A stretch of 60,583 bases of DNA, from the NCBI RefSeq assembly GCF_001194135.2, contig NC_068982.1, positions 39,940,549-40,001,131 on the forward strand, given 5' to 3'. The DNA is from Octopus bimaculoides. Its lineage: Eukaryota. Positions 40,022 through 53,559 of the stretch are shown in pieces (the first letter of the stretch is position 1; every line of letters begins with the position of its first letter). The position numbers and the translations under genes were made by a program. Below the pieces are notes generated by a model that ran no database searches, had not been told where the DNA came from, and saw only the letters and a program-made list of their open reading frames with translations.

Positions 40022-40146
40022 ATTATAATAATAATAATAATAATAATAATGAAAATGATCTATGTACATTTCGATGCAATATCCAGAATGATTAATACAT
40101 ATAAAATATGGGGTCCCATTATTATTGTTATTATTATTATTATTAT

Positions 40147-40198
<52 letters not shown>
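40022..40198. repeat. (TAA)n and compound (TTA)n-(TAG)n microsatellites
   Basis: Direct reading. Confidence 0.9.
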
Positions 40199-40199
<1 letters not shown>

Positions 40200-40371
40200 T
40201 ACAGCCCCAAAAAACAGAAAACATTCAAATCCAAATTTCATAGTTGACCCATGAAAATATACAAAACAGGATGAAAAGGTATCAGATGATATACAACTGT
40301 GAGTATTTTGCTAAGATTGTTAACAGATACTATATTCTTTTGCCAAATTTTTGGTATAAAAAAATATATTT

Positions 40372-40444
<73 letters not shown>

Positions 40445-41104
40445 CATACATACATACATACATGCATTCATTCTCAAATAATAATCGTTTCATTATTGCC
40501 TAACCATAGCAACTGACATCACTCACACGAAAACAAGCACTAATAAGTGTCTAGTACTATACGTCACATAAATAGCTTCCTCTTTTCTTCTAATTTCTAC
40601 ATTGACAACATAGAAGTAAATTTATATCAGGACAGCAAATGATAACTTCCTACATCAAGTTGCTCCGCACCTTCACATAACGTCTACCACCTGAAAAAAG
40701 ATCGCCAAAACTTTTTTCTTCCCAACTGCGAATCCGACGAATATTGTCTACAATACTTGGATGAAGTCGCCGACTAATTCTAATAGGGAATGTTGGAAAG
40801 GAACTGCCATCGAAAGTGAAAAACAATTATCGTTTGGAGAGTAAAGGATGTCTTCATAGTCTTATTCTTGACGTCAACTACCGCATTCAAAATGCAAAGT
40901 AGAGAAATTACATGACTTTTCCATTATGATATCACCTTCCTTCATTCTTCTTTAACCTATGGCACCCAGATTAATTTACAACCTTTCAGTAAAGTCGACA
41001 CTGAAGAAATAAAGCAGCTCATGACAGCCTAATTCTTCAACAATGCTAAAACAGCCATTACGCATTAAGAAAGCAATTATTGTGACTCTTTCTCTTTCTC
41101 GCTC

Positions 41105-41139
<35 letters not shown>

Positions 41140-43070
41140 ACTCTACATATATATATATATATATATATATCCTTTCTTTCTCTCACATTGAGCCACGCAA
41201 TAGCATCACAAATAAAACCTTCAAATCTGCTTGTTATGATATACCTCACAACAACTGGTGGCTTTTTATAATAAACTCACGTTTATCACTTTGTTAGAAT
41301 TTCTACCCGAATCAGTTCTTAGCTCTCTAGATAGGATTTTCAACATTTTATCATCGTGAACAATTTCCACAAATCAATAATGACCCACAACCATTTTTCT
41401 AAACAGATACCACTTTCATACTTCCCTTGAGGAAATATTTCTTCTTTTTATTCTTCAGTTTGCAATAAGTTTACGTTATAACCTTTGTAACAGTGGTTTA
41501 TTATTTAGCATATTCATGAAAATTTTATATTTTATGAAACCTTTGATATGCTAAAGATTTTATGTTCATAACCCTAAAAAAGTCATACTGAAACTCAATT
41601 TCGATCCTAACCAAGTTTTGAGAACCACTAATCTAGTCAGCTCCAGTAAGCTATACGTTCGTTGATAATACATGTCCTACATACACATAAGTTTCACGAA
41701 GTATCCACATTATGACCATCTAGATGATAAGATTTTCTTACCAAAAGCGCACTGCACTAACATCTTTTTTGCATTACAAAGCTGTGTACTTCTGTTAAAA
41801 CACGCCTCATGCAATGAACTTTTGTTCCTATTGTCAATCTTACCGTCTCTTTTTCACCAAAGTCTACAACAAACAATTTGCTAAATAATTATTTCTTTTA
41901 TGTTTTGGAGTCGCCGACGAGTGTATTTCTGTACTCGATCCCACATAAATAAAAACTTTTAAGGTTTCTCGTTGAACACCAACAACAACGACGTCACCTG
42001 CTTGGAACGGTTTGATTGTCATAGATGTCATCTTTCTTTCCTCGTCCGACAACCCAATAAAAATCTGAATATGTATACGTAAAATAGATAGATAAATAGA
42101 ATAGAATAGCTTAAATTTGAATAACATTGCTTAAAAAAAAAAACAGAAATAAAAGGTAATATTGTCGGTCTAGTATTTTGGCATGCATTTATAGATATTT
42201 GTCTTTATCAGAAAATGCAGACGTTTGTATTTGTGTTTCACAAATGCTCATTGTATCATCGCCTGACGTTTTAGAGTTAAGAGATCACACATTGAATAGA
42301 AGTAATGTATGGTCTGCCTACACTTAGCTTGAAAATTAAATTACGATACAATTTTGTAGATATAGAAAGCAATATAGTGTTCTGTGTTATATGTGAGGAA
42401 TATGAAATTTACCGCAACATTCAAGTAATAGTTGCAAATCTCTAATAGAGAGAGCCAACAGCATAGTTAAATTTTACAACAGTATAGCACTGTGCTCTTG
42501 ACTAAGTCACTTGTCATTCAAAAGCTCCAATTAATGAGCTATCATATATATAACTTTTACATATATTTGTAAATTTCGTAAGGTTGGAATGAGAGTTTAA
42601 ATAGAGCTTTCAACAATGAATCCATACTATAACACAGATGTAGTTGATAAAAACATTATTATGTAAATAACTCGTTAATACAAGCGAATTCCCATACTAA
42701 TTTGATGCAAACACTTGAAACTAGATAAAGTGAATATAAGTAGCCTATTTTTACTCTTCGCTCCTCGCCTTTATTACGTCTAATATCAATTAGATGGGTA
42801 ATAGGCGGCTGTCGAATGGAAGAAACAACAGAGTAGCAGACAAAATATTTTGCGGTGGTTACTTATATTATGTATGGTCAAATTTAAAAATCTTACTTGT
42901 ATTGACTCTGCTTTTCTTGTCTCCAGTATTCATGAAATAACACCAATGATTCGAATTCTTTCGAATTTGTTTCTTTGTGTCAAACTTATTAATTAAAAGT
43001 TATCGTATACGAGCCATGCATCTACAATATATTTGTTCGAGCGTTTCTATCATATAGCACTTGTTTTCAC

Positions 43071-43073
<3 letters not shown>

Positions 43074-43148
<75 letters not shown>
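43074..43148. repeat. (TAA)n microsatellite
   Basis: Direct reading. Confidence 0.95.
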
Positions 43149-43149
<1 letters not shown>

Positions 43150-43734
43150 TAAACGTTGTGATCCTGTCGAGAATAATTCTCAAGTCACTTTATTTCATTG
43201 TACTTTGATAATAATAAAAGTACGTTTACTTATTTAGTAGCTGAAACGAAATATACGTTTATTCGAATTTGTATTTGTTCCTATATTCCTATGAGTTATT
43301 CATATTGTATCTCACATATTTATATGAGTTAATATACAAATATGTAAACCTACGCATTACACATAAAAGCATATTAAATTTACTTATTTCTAAATTCATA
43401 TAAGTTAATATTGTTTTCTGAAACTTTCAAAAGTCATAAAGTTTTTGACGATGAGTGTTGTCAAAATTATTTAGCCCTTTTCCTTACAATAGTGGAATGA
43501 AAGATAAATTCGAAGTCGATCACAGTTTAAGTAAGAAGTTAAATATACGATGTTACATAATGAGAGGTATTCATTTATAATTTATCTTACTACCAGTTCA
43601 ATGTTTTCCTACGATATTTAACAATTTATGTAATATCTCAAAATGTATGTATATGTGTATATGTGTATCTGTATGTATATTTTAGAGGCAATATTTTTTT
43701 ATATGTCGTCAGAGACTCGGAAAATATACTTTGT

Positions 43735-44135
43735 GTTATTTCTTCCTACTCTTTACATTCTGAGGTCAAATCCTGCCAAGGTCATCTTCGTCTTACATCC
43801 TTTTGAAGTTGATACAATTAAGTATCAGTCAAGTACTAAGGTCAATAGTATCAATTAATCCGCTTCTCCTGAAATTTACTGGCTTTGTAATTTAATAGCA
43901 AATCATTTAATTTGATATGATGACAGTTTCTTTGGCAGAAACGTTGGAGAAAATACCTTACAGAATTTCTTGCAAGTCTTTATGCTCTGATTTCAAATCT
44001 TGCCTAGAGATCTGAAACAATCTTCTCGAAGTTCTATCAAATAAAATATCAGTTAAGTACTCGAGTTGATGATATCGACTATCCTCTCCCCTCAAAATAG
44101 CTGATCTTTTACCTAAATTCTTGATATATGATGCT
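43735..44135 (+). mobile_element. Two old tandem fragments of the Meta-like SINE
   Basis: ctgaggtcaaatcctgccaaggtc..catccttttgaagttgatacaattaagtatcagtcaagtact, and ggcagaaacgtt..ctctgatttcaaatcttgcc..ataaaatatcagttaagtactcgag. Confidence 0.6.
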
Positions 44136-45322
44136 CAATGTATTCATATATAAAATAAATAGAAGGATCGCGTGCGTTTTCAAGACTTTCATCAGATTTT
44201 AGCTGCATCACTAGGTATATCTTTCAGAACTCACTAAGAAGGAATTCTGGTGATCTCACTGGGGCAGGAGTGTCTGTGAAGCCTGTAGGCAAACATTCTG
44301 CCTTCAGAACAAAGCTATGTAAAAGAAAAATATTGGAAACTGAAACTACGTGAATCGAATAGTTTTAATTGGTTGCTCATTAATGATCTCAAGTGCAAAG
44401 ATGCATTTTAGTCCAAATTAGAGTATAAAGATCCAATCCCAATTAAGATAGATTTATCAAAGCATATTCTTGATAATAAAGACAGAGACAAAAAACTTGA
44501 AAACGCAACCTTAGAATTTTTCAAAACAAAGAAGAAAAATAAATCGAACTGCAAGGAATATAGCTATATTGGAAAATAAATCAACTATAAATCATTTGTT
44601 GTTATAAGCACATTCAATTATCGGTTATGATTAAATCACAGCGTTTCTGCTGCCACGACTGTTGCTGTTGTTATTGTAGTTGCCATGACCACCATGGTGG
44701 TTCTGAAAATGAAATATGTTTAGAATTTTCTTCGCGATTCCTGTTATCGAGAAATATCTAATTGAAACTTTTGATACGTAAAGCTGTATTATGACTCATT
44801 TTCTCCTGCATATATAAATTATTGGTTAACATTCAAATACTATTAAATATTTTACGTAACAGTTCTGTTTATTTCCCATCATCGTCAATGCTATTAATGT
44901 AGCTAAAATTGGGTATTTTAACAACAAAAAGAGGATTAAAATAAACATTAAGAAAATATTACCTTTTGCATTGATCAATACAGATAGCTGCTTCCTCATA
45001 TTTTTTGCTAAATAATTTAGACAAACTTTTCTTATATGAATACAAATCCCCATATTTATAATGTTATTACTGATATAATAGAATCAAAATGACTCAAACG
45101 GTGAATGGTAAGCAATTGAAATTGCCATTTTGCTCCTGCTAGAAGCAAATCGCAATAATTTATCCCAACAAATTACTAGTAGCTATTGCATTTATCCTAG
45201 AAAAGTAAAAGAATATCCGAACGAAAATAAATAATGGTTCAAGACAGACAATTTTACTGCATAGTTAAGATAATTTATGAAATTCCTTTATTTGTTTGTT
45301 TTGTTATTTTTAATACGATAGG

Positions 45323-45698
45323 GGTGCAGACGCACAGTGGTTAGGGCAGCGGACTCGCGGTCATAGGATCGCGGTTTCGATTCCCAGACCGGGCGTTGTG
45401 AGAGTTTATTGAGCGAAAAACACCTAAAGGTCCATAAGGCTCCGGCAGGGATGGTGGTGAACCCTGCTATACACTTTCACCACAACTTTATCTTACTTCT
45501 TGTTTCTGTTGTGCCTATAATTGAAAGGGGCTAGCCTTGTCACACTCTGTGTCACGCTGAATATGCCCGAGAACTACGTTAAGGGTACACGTGTCTGTGG
45601 AGTGCTCAGCCACTTGCACGTTAATTTTACGAGCAGGCTGCTCCGTTGATCAAATCAACTAGAACCCTCGTCGTCATAAGCGACGGAGTGCCAACAAC
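45323..45698 (+). mobile_element. Full-length tRNA-Arg-like SINE (octopus OR-type by recollection) with 11-bp TSD and (CAA)n tail
   Basis: A box ..CAGTGGTTAG, GGACTCGCGGTC anticodon-like arm (TCG), B box GGTTTCGATTCC. TSD AATACGATAGG at 45312-45322 and 45699-45709. Confidence 0.92.
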
Positions 45699-47504
45699 AA
45701 TACGATAGGAGTGAAATATGATTTAACAAACACAACCAGAAGATCAGAAGCCATATTTAGGCTTGAAATTATGCGTACTGGGTTCCAATTTTATTGAGAT
45801 GGTCTTTGCTTCTGTTTATTCTGTGGTCTGTAAAATAAGCTGCAATCGTTCACGGAGATCGATTCAATCAAGAATACAAATTTTTTACAGAGAAGACAAT
45901 GGAAGAACCTCTATGTAAGTGCTCTACATACAATATATAGCAACCAAATCGTACTTCATTCCTTATCGTAATAGAAAGAATTTGTTGTATAAGAGGGTCT
46001 AACAAAAACTATCTTAAATATTGATTGGCCTCGACTGCAATGCTTTTCAGAATATATGTCTACTGTTAAGCAACAACAAGGTCCTTGGTAACTTATTTCT
46101 AATTCATTGCTAAAATTGTATGTTCAATAAACTGAAAATTTCAATTCGTTAGATACATTTTACTCGCGTTATTCGATACGTCCTTATCTTCTTCATTTAA
46201 ATCAATTCACGATGAACTCTTTTCAGCGTAGCTATTCATCAGGCTGCTGAGATTACTTTAATGAAGATTATATGCTGCACGGAATTTTTAAGTCAGCCAC
46301 AAAACAGTACTAAGGCATGGTATGATATATGTAAACATATATAATCATACCTTGATACTGCATGAAGTGAGATCCCGTTGAGAGAGACCTAATATTAAAT
46401 AAAGTCTTGAATATTCATAGTATTCACGTTAATTGCTCCAGTTCTCTGAAGCTTATTTTTCTCTCGCATTAGTCAAGAGACGTATACATCTTTGATGAGA
46501 ATCCAATAAGGATCGAAACCCGATTAAAGATCATCGTCATTTTATATATGGAGAAATAGGTAGATTCGCCATGTTTGTATATCTATTACATTCGGTTTAT
46601 ATATATATATATATNNNNNNNNNNNNNNNNNNNNNNNNNNNNNNNNNNNNNNNNNNNNNNNNNNNNNNNNNNNNNNNNNNNNNNNNNNNNNNNNNNNNNN
46701 NNNNNNNNNNNNNNNNNNNNNNNNNNNNNNNNNNNNNNNNNNNNNNNNNNNNNNNNNNNNNNNNNNNNNNNNNNNNNNNNNNNNNNNNNNNNNNNNNNNN
46801 NNNNNNNNNNNNNNNNNNNNNNNNNNNNNNNNNNNNNNNNNNNNNNNNNNNNNNNNNNNNNNNNNNNNNNNNNNNNNNNNNNNNNNNNNNNNNNNNNNNN
46901 NNNNNNNNNNNNNNNNNNNNNNNNNNNNNNNNNNNNNNNNNNNNNNNNNNNNNNNNNNNNNNNNNNNNNNNNNNNNNNNNNNNNNNNNNNNNNNNNNNNN
47001 NNNNNNNNNNNNNNNNNNNNNNNNNNNNNNNNNNNNNNNNNNNNNNNNNNNNNNNNNNNNNNNNNNNNNNNNNNNNNNNNNNNNNNNNNNNNNNNNNNNN
47101 NNNNNNNNNNNNNNNNNNNNNNNNNNNNNNNNNNNNNNNNNNNNNNNNNNNNNNNNNNNNNNNNNNNNNNNNNNNNNNNNNNNNNNNNNNNNNNNNNNNN
47201 NNNNNNNNNNNNNNNNNNNNNNNNNNNNNNNNNNNNNNNNNNNNNNNNNNNNNNNNNNNNNNNNNNNNNNNNNNNNNNNNNNNNNNNNNNNNNNNNNNNN
47301 NNNNNNNNNNNNNNNNNNNNNNNNNNNNNNNNNNNNNNNNNNNNNNNNNNNNNNNNNNNNNNNNNNNNNNNNNNNNNNNNNNNNNNNNNNNNNNNNNNNN
47401 NNNNNNNNNNNNNNNNNNNNNNNNNNNNNNNNNNNNNNNNNNNNNNNNNNNNNNNNNNNNNNNNNNNNNNNNNNNNNNNNNNNNNNNNNNNNNNNNNNNN
47501 NNNN

Positions 47505-47580
<76 letters not shown>

Positions 47581-48459
47581 AGAGAGAGATATTAAAGTTA
47601 GTAGAAATAGCAAGGTTAGTTGAATTAGAAGACAGAAAAGATGGTTGTGGAGGATATAGGTAACAAACGTTTCTATGGATGCTGTGAAGAATGAAAAAAG
47701 GTAAGATAAATTGATACCCTGAAAACATAAAAGTACCAAAGAATGTTGAGAATATTGGTAAGAATATTGAGAATACTGAGCTATTAAAAACAAAGTCATT
47801 TCAATTAATACATATAATGACCACGTGAAGGAGAACGGAATCGGTAGATTGAGATGTTGGTAAGAATGCTAAAAACAATGAAAATTAAAGTATGGAGAGG
47901 AGTAGGATAGGTAGAGGTTGTTGGCAAGAATGAAGTAATGAAAATTAAAAAAAGAAACTCTGGGAAAAGCAATTAAATTTCAAGAACTCATTTGTTTACG
48001 CTGTAAGCAACAAACGTATACATACAAAGAATTGAGAGAGAATATTGACGAAAGGAGCGGTCATATACATTGACATGTCATATCAAATAGTTATTTCTAG
48101 AGAGAAGTTATTTTAACACATACACTCATTTCATAGTTTTAGTTTTCAAGATTATTAAATTTACACGAGATTTCCATTACAGCCAGGTTACGCTATATAA
48201 GTTCTTCAAAGCAGGACAGTGTACCCGCATCGCAGATATGCATATACGTATGCACAAACAGAAATAATATACCGATGCTTTGCATTAATCATGTTTTGCT
48301 CGCCAGTTCTGAATTATATAAGTTTATTTACATATTGAAAGGTAAACATTACAGGACTTTATTTGAATAAATGAACCCTAATTTTTATTAAAATAAACGA
48401 CGATACCAAATGCATAATCGAATTTCATATTTGCCTTAAGAATTGTTAATCTCTTGCAG

Positions 48460-48618
48460 GATTAATCGTGAAAGACAGGCGGAATGTAGACGTAGAGCAA
48501 TGCAAGGGAGAGCGTCGATAGACAGCACTTCATGGCATATGCTACGGAGTGTATCAGAGGAGAGAAGACAGTCATCCGGCAGTTACCTTTCACCAACAAC
48601 GAATGCAATTCAACTTGG
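48460..48618 (+). CDS. Internal coding exon of an unidentified gene (159 nt, phase 2-2)
   Basis: tgttaatctcttgcag acceptor and TTGG|gtaagt donor. GC-elevated and open: INRERQAECRRRAMQGRASIDSTSWHMLRSVSEERRQSSGSYLSPTTNAIQLG. Basic and Ser-rich with an RRQS kinase-type motif. The supplied ORF 48532 uses a different frame. Confidence 0.8.
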
Positions 48619-48687
48619 GTAAGTCTTATTGTTACAAACTTATTTTGCTCTAAAGAAAAATATAATAAAATAACCAAACTAACTTTC

Positions 48688-48720
<33 letters not shown>

Positions 48721-49546
48721 NNNNNNNNNNNNNNNNNNNNNNNNNNNNNNNNNNNNNNNNNNNNNNNNNNNNNNNNNNNNNNNNNNNNNNNNNNNNNNNN
48801 NNNNNNNNNNNNNNNNNNNNNNNNNNNNNNNNNNNNNNNNNNNNNNNNNNNNNNNNNNNNNNNNNNNNNNNNNNNNNNNNNNNNNNNNNNNNNNNNNNNN
48901 NNNNNNNNNNNNNNNNNNNNNNNNNNNNNNNNNNNNNNNNNNNNNNNNNNNNNNNNNNNNNNNNNNNNNNNNNNNNNNNNNNNNNNNNNNNNNNNNNNNN
49001 NNNNNNNNNNNNNNNNNNNNNNNNNNNNNNNNNNNNNNNNNNNNNNNNNNNNNNNNNNNNNNNNNNNNNNNNNNNNNNNNNNNNNNNNNNNNNNNNNNNN
49101 NNNNNNNNNNNNNNNNNNNNNNNNNNNNNNNNNNNNNNNNNATATATATTCATATTTATATGCTTGTGTGCACATGTGTGTCAACTTATATTTCTGTTTG
49201 TATTACTTGTATCCTATTGAGGCCGTAGAAATTGAAAAGTACTAATTATTGTAAACCATTGTAATAAATATTGCATTTCATTTTGTAAATCTATCACTTT
49301 CGTTATTACAAAAGCGTTTGCAAGAATTTATTGTGGAGTAGGAAATATTTTCTATATGCTATTATGAAAACAAAAATAAGGATATATTATATTCACTCAC
49401 GAAATTCATTAAAGAAAACTTTTAATCAACGATTCATTAATTCAGATGTTTCTAAATACACCGATGTTAAACTACATTATTTCTTACATAAAAATGATAA
49501 TAATATATAAATAAATAAATTACCTGAATTTTACTTAATTTTACAG

Positions 49547-49562
49547 AAGAAAATTAATTCGA
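49547..49562 (+). CDS. Candidate 16-nt microexon (G-RKLIR)
   Basis: ttttacttaattttacag|AAGAAAATTAATTCGA|gtaagc. The phase-2 acceptor joins exon 48460-48618 without a stop. Confidence 0.5.
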
Positions 49563-50321
49563 GTAAGCCAATAGTTTTATTTTTCTATAATTTTTATGTG
49601 CATTTAAGTTCGAAAGAATATATGATGATATATACTATACAATATAGGGTCTACAGGAAATATTTTTATAAGCATAATTATTGAAAAGGATATATAATTA
49701 TATTTAAGAATTATTCAAATTTATTTATGCGTATTAATATTTTTTTTTCTAGTTTATCAGAGGAAATAACCAATGAAAATCAATGTTTATAATGTTACAC
49801 ATTCATTGCTTACGGGAAAATAACCGGAAATACATATTTACAACAGAAATGTTTTTAATTACGATTGGGTCTGTTATGAAATTACTTATATACTGTTATT
49901 ATATTTAATTCATTTACTTATAATCATTTTATATGAAGATGATAGCATTATACTTTTATTAAATTTAATTATACTATTATTTATATTTAATAGCATTATA
50001 TACTATTATTTATATTTAATAGCATTATACACTATTATTATATTTAATTTATATACTTATAATCATTTTATATGAAGATGATAGCATAATTAAAACTTAT
50101 GTCTTGAATTTAGTTTGCACTTCTTAAGACAAATATATTATGGTGGTTAATACTAAATTTATTTATTAATCTACTGAAATATCCAAAATATCCTCTTTAG
50201 TATAATACTTTAATATATATATATATATAATTATTTATTCATTTATTTATTTATATATTAAATATTAAATATATGTATATATATATTATACACACACACA
50301 CACACACACACAGACACACTC

Positions 50322-50352
<31 letters not shown>

Positions 50353-50958
50353 NNNNNNNNNNNNNNNNNNNNNNNNNNNNNNNNNNNNNNNNNNNNNNNN
50401 NNNNNNNNNNNNNNNNNNNNNNNNNNNNNNNNNNNNNNNNNNNNNNNNNNNNNNNNNNNNNNNNNNNNNNNNNNNNNNNNNNNNNNNNNNNNNNNNNNNN
50501 NNNNNNNNNNNNNNNNNNNNNNNNNNNNNNNNNNNNNNNNNNNNNNNNNNNNNNNNNNNNNNNNNNNNNNNNNNNNNNNNNNNNNNNNNNNNNNNNNNNN
50601 NNNNNNNNNNNNNNNNNNNNNNNNNNNNNNNNNNNNNNNNNNNNNNNNNNNNNNNNNNNNNNNNNNNNNNNNNNNNNNNNNNNNNNNNNNNNNNNNNNNN
50701 NNNNNNNNNNNNNNNNNNNNNNNNNNNNNNNNNNNNNNNNNNNNNNNNNNNNNNNNNNNNNNNNNNNNNNNNNNNNNNNCGTTAGGGACAATCTGATGAA
50801 GCTTTGTGGCTCAATTACTGTCCAACCTCTGTCCAACCGTTGTTCAATTTTTGTACAAATTCTGTATGATATTGATATGGTGTGTCAGCTTTGGTAGAAA
50901 CAGCTGTAAGAGTATGGTATTATTCACTAATTTTCCATTTAATCTTATAAGTAATATT

Positions 50959-51172
50959 CTTTTCTACTCTAGGCACAAAGCCCGAAATTTTGGGGGCGAG
51001 CGGGGAAGTCGATTAGATCGACCTCAGTACGCAACTGGTGCTAAATTTATCAACTCTGAAAGGATGGAAGGCGAAGTTGGCCTCAGTGGAATTTGAACTC
51101 AGAACGTGGAGACAGACGAAATACCACTAAGCATTTCGCTCGGCGTGCTAACGTTTCTGCCAGCTGGCCGTC
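50959..51172 (-). mobile_element. Full-length tRNA-derived SINE with Meta-domain-like core and 20-bp TSD
   Basis: Reverse complement: ..gccagctggcagaaacgttagcacgccgagcgaaatgcttag..gttctgagttcaaattcc..gaggccaacttcgccttccatcctttcagagttgataaatttagcacc... TSD TTAATCTTATAAGTAATATT at 50939-50958 and 51173-51192. Confidence 0.92.
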
Positions 51173-51439
51173 TTAATCTTATAAGTAATATTGCTATCTT
51201 TTAGTTTCCAAATAAATTTACTAAGGCCTGTGCTATTTCTTTTACTTACATTTCTAAAGGAGATTTCATGGTTCGCACGTCGAGTTTTCACATAACACGC
51301 AGCCGCTCCGATATAAAAGCAACTATTGCTTTCGCTTCAACTTTTGCCTGGTATACTAGGTCCTTTCGTTTACAATAATTGTTAAATTTACATTTTTCTT
51401 TAACCCTTTAAATAATTAGCAGATATGTTAGTTATGTTT

Positions 51440-52440
51440 GCATTATTGTTCATGTGTTTTTTTAGATATGTTTGTTATTTTTGTTTATAGGGATATTATG
51501 ATATTATTTGTGTTGTTAGTTAGAGGGGGATTACTTCTATTTGCGTAATATGTATCAAGTTTTACCTTATTAAAAGATGATATATGTCTAAATAGGTTTT
51601 CAGTTACAGAAAATCCAATCCTTATTATTTTATCATTAATCATAGAACTATATTTATTAGAAGTGAAATGCTTATCAATGATTGAACGAATTACACGGAT
51701 AAGATTAGTTTTGATCGGTTTACCATAAGGTAGAATAAGCCAGATACTGTTATTATTGTTGTTCTGGCATTTCTCTTTGTCCCTATTTGAATATTTTATA
51801 TATGGAATGAATTTCTTACGTTTTGAAGATATTTTATTCTTTGTTATTGTTTAGTCCATTTCTGTTGATTGTAATTCATACTTTTATTATTATTATTATT
51901 GTAAATATTTTTATTTATTTTTTAATGCTTGTTAATTCTAATTTCTGGTTCATTTGTATTTATTTTCATCATATTTTCATTTACCTAGTTGTCTGTCAGT
52001 GGGATATCTTTATGTCTGTCAAATTTAATTTTCTGTTTATATCCTGCCTTTTCTGTTTGTATCCTGCCTAATGCTGGATTATAATAATTCTTATTTATAT
52101 TAAAAACCTCTTGACTAGATGAAAGGTAATTAATTCTGTGCTGAATATCTTTAACTAAGTAATTTGTGATTGTTTTAGGATCATTACTTTCTATATTTAT
52201 ATATGCTAATTTAGTCTAATTAGGTTATATTTAAAATCTACAACTTTTAACATGATTCGAATCTTGTAGATCCGAAGTAGTGTTTACCTTGCGACTAGAC
52301 TGAACATGCGTAGGCCTTTTAATGCTTATTTTATAATTAAATGTCCATCTAAATTTTATTTGTATTCACTTATTTGATATATTTTATTGTGCTCAACATG
52401 ATACAAATAAAATAAGCATTAATAATTAACTCACTGGTTT
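51440..52440 (-). mobile_element. Penelope-like element, thumb/linker remnant
   Basis: Frames: RINYLSSSQEVFNINKNYYNPAL..KAGYKQKIKF, and NSIWLILPYGKPIKTNLIRVIRSIIDKHFTSNKYSSMINDKIIRIGFS. Paralogous to 53984-54397. Confidence 0.75.
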
Positions 52441-52494
<54 letters not shown>

Positions 52495-53559
52495 ATAATA
52501 AATCTCTGATACATATATATATATTTATATTCATACATATGTAGGCCTTCGCAGGCTGTTTTCTACCAGATGCACACAACTTGTTTTAGTCCGCCCGGAA
52601 CTGATCCCGAAACTATGTTTCTGGGGGCTGTTTCGCTTTTATTATTTATATATATATCATAAGAAAGAAATTGACGCTACTCTATTGTAGCTGTCATTCC
52701 TTCCAAATTTGATGGTTCAAGAGTAAATGAACAAATATGACTAGAAATCAAATTTAGTCTCAAAAGAGACTTGGTACAAAAAGTATTTACTTTCAATAGC
52801 TGACCTCATAAAAATAATGACGACATTAACGTCCAGATCGTCATTTATTAATATTGTTTCAACCCCAAAAATCATAGCTTGTCTCAGCTTTCACAAAAAT
52901 GTGAGGGAGGTATTAGCGTTAAGTCATATCACCAGAATAATTGCACGGAGCGTTGAAGCTACGCAGTTATATCTAAGATATTAAAACAGACAATCACCTA
53001 GATGTTAAGGCTGACGGCGGTTGATTAAGCAATATCAGTGCAATGTTGACAAGTATTACAAATATTATCAACATCAGTAGTAGTAAAGCTAAAGTTATAA
53101 ACCTGAACAAATAACGATTATAACTATTGCAGTTCTTCAATAAATTGGATTTCTGAATAAATAATATTGTTTTATGTTTGTGTCTTTTACGTTACATAGA
53201 ACGATTACTTTAGGTTAGAACTATTATCTTTACGTGTCTTACCACTGACCAATATCTTCTTACACGTTATATTGGTTACTTTACATAATGTAAATGAACA
53301 TTCTGAAAGTAATTTAATAGAGCACGTTTATGCCTGTGTGGCTGAGAAATTCATTTTGAAACTACAGAGTCTCGTGTTCGATAGTATTACTGGGCAGCTT
53401 AGGCAAATGTCTTCTATTATAGCCACGTATCAACCAACGTCTTGTAAGCGGAAATTGAGGAAGAGGAAGAATGAGAAATCTCGTGTTGAAAAGTTTAAAA
53501 GCGTGGAAATAGATATATGTAGAGGAAATGAAATGTAAGAAGACTGTTAAAGGTCGAAT

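Noticed and set aside
40480-41500. C/A-rich sequence resembling very old PLE N-terminal regions (also 38190-38700 and 47585-47990 on the - strand)
   Set aside because: No diagnostic motif survives; needs profile-HMM evidence.
44195-44215. Minus-strand CTGATGA-aagtctt-GAAA resembling a hammerhead core
   Set aside because: Stem II would have a 1-nt loop, and there are no stems I or III.
44162-44352. Open + frame ..SLRRNSGDLTGAGVSVKPVGKHSAFRTKL.. upstream of the 48460 exon
   Set aside because: No strong phase-2 donor to join exon 48460, and no homology recognised.
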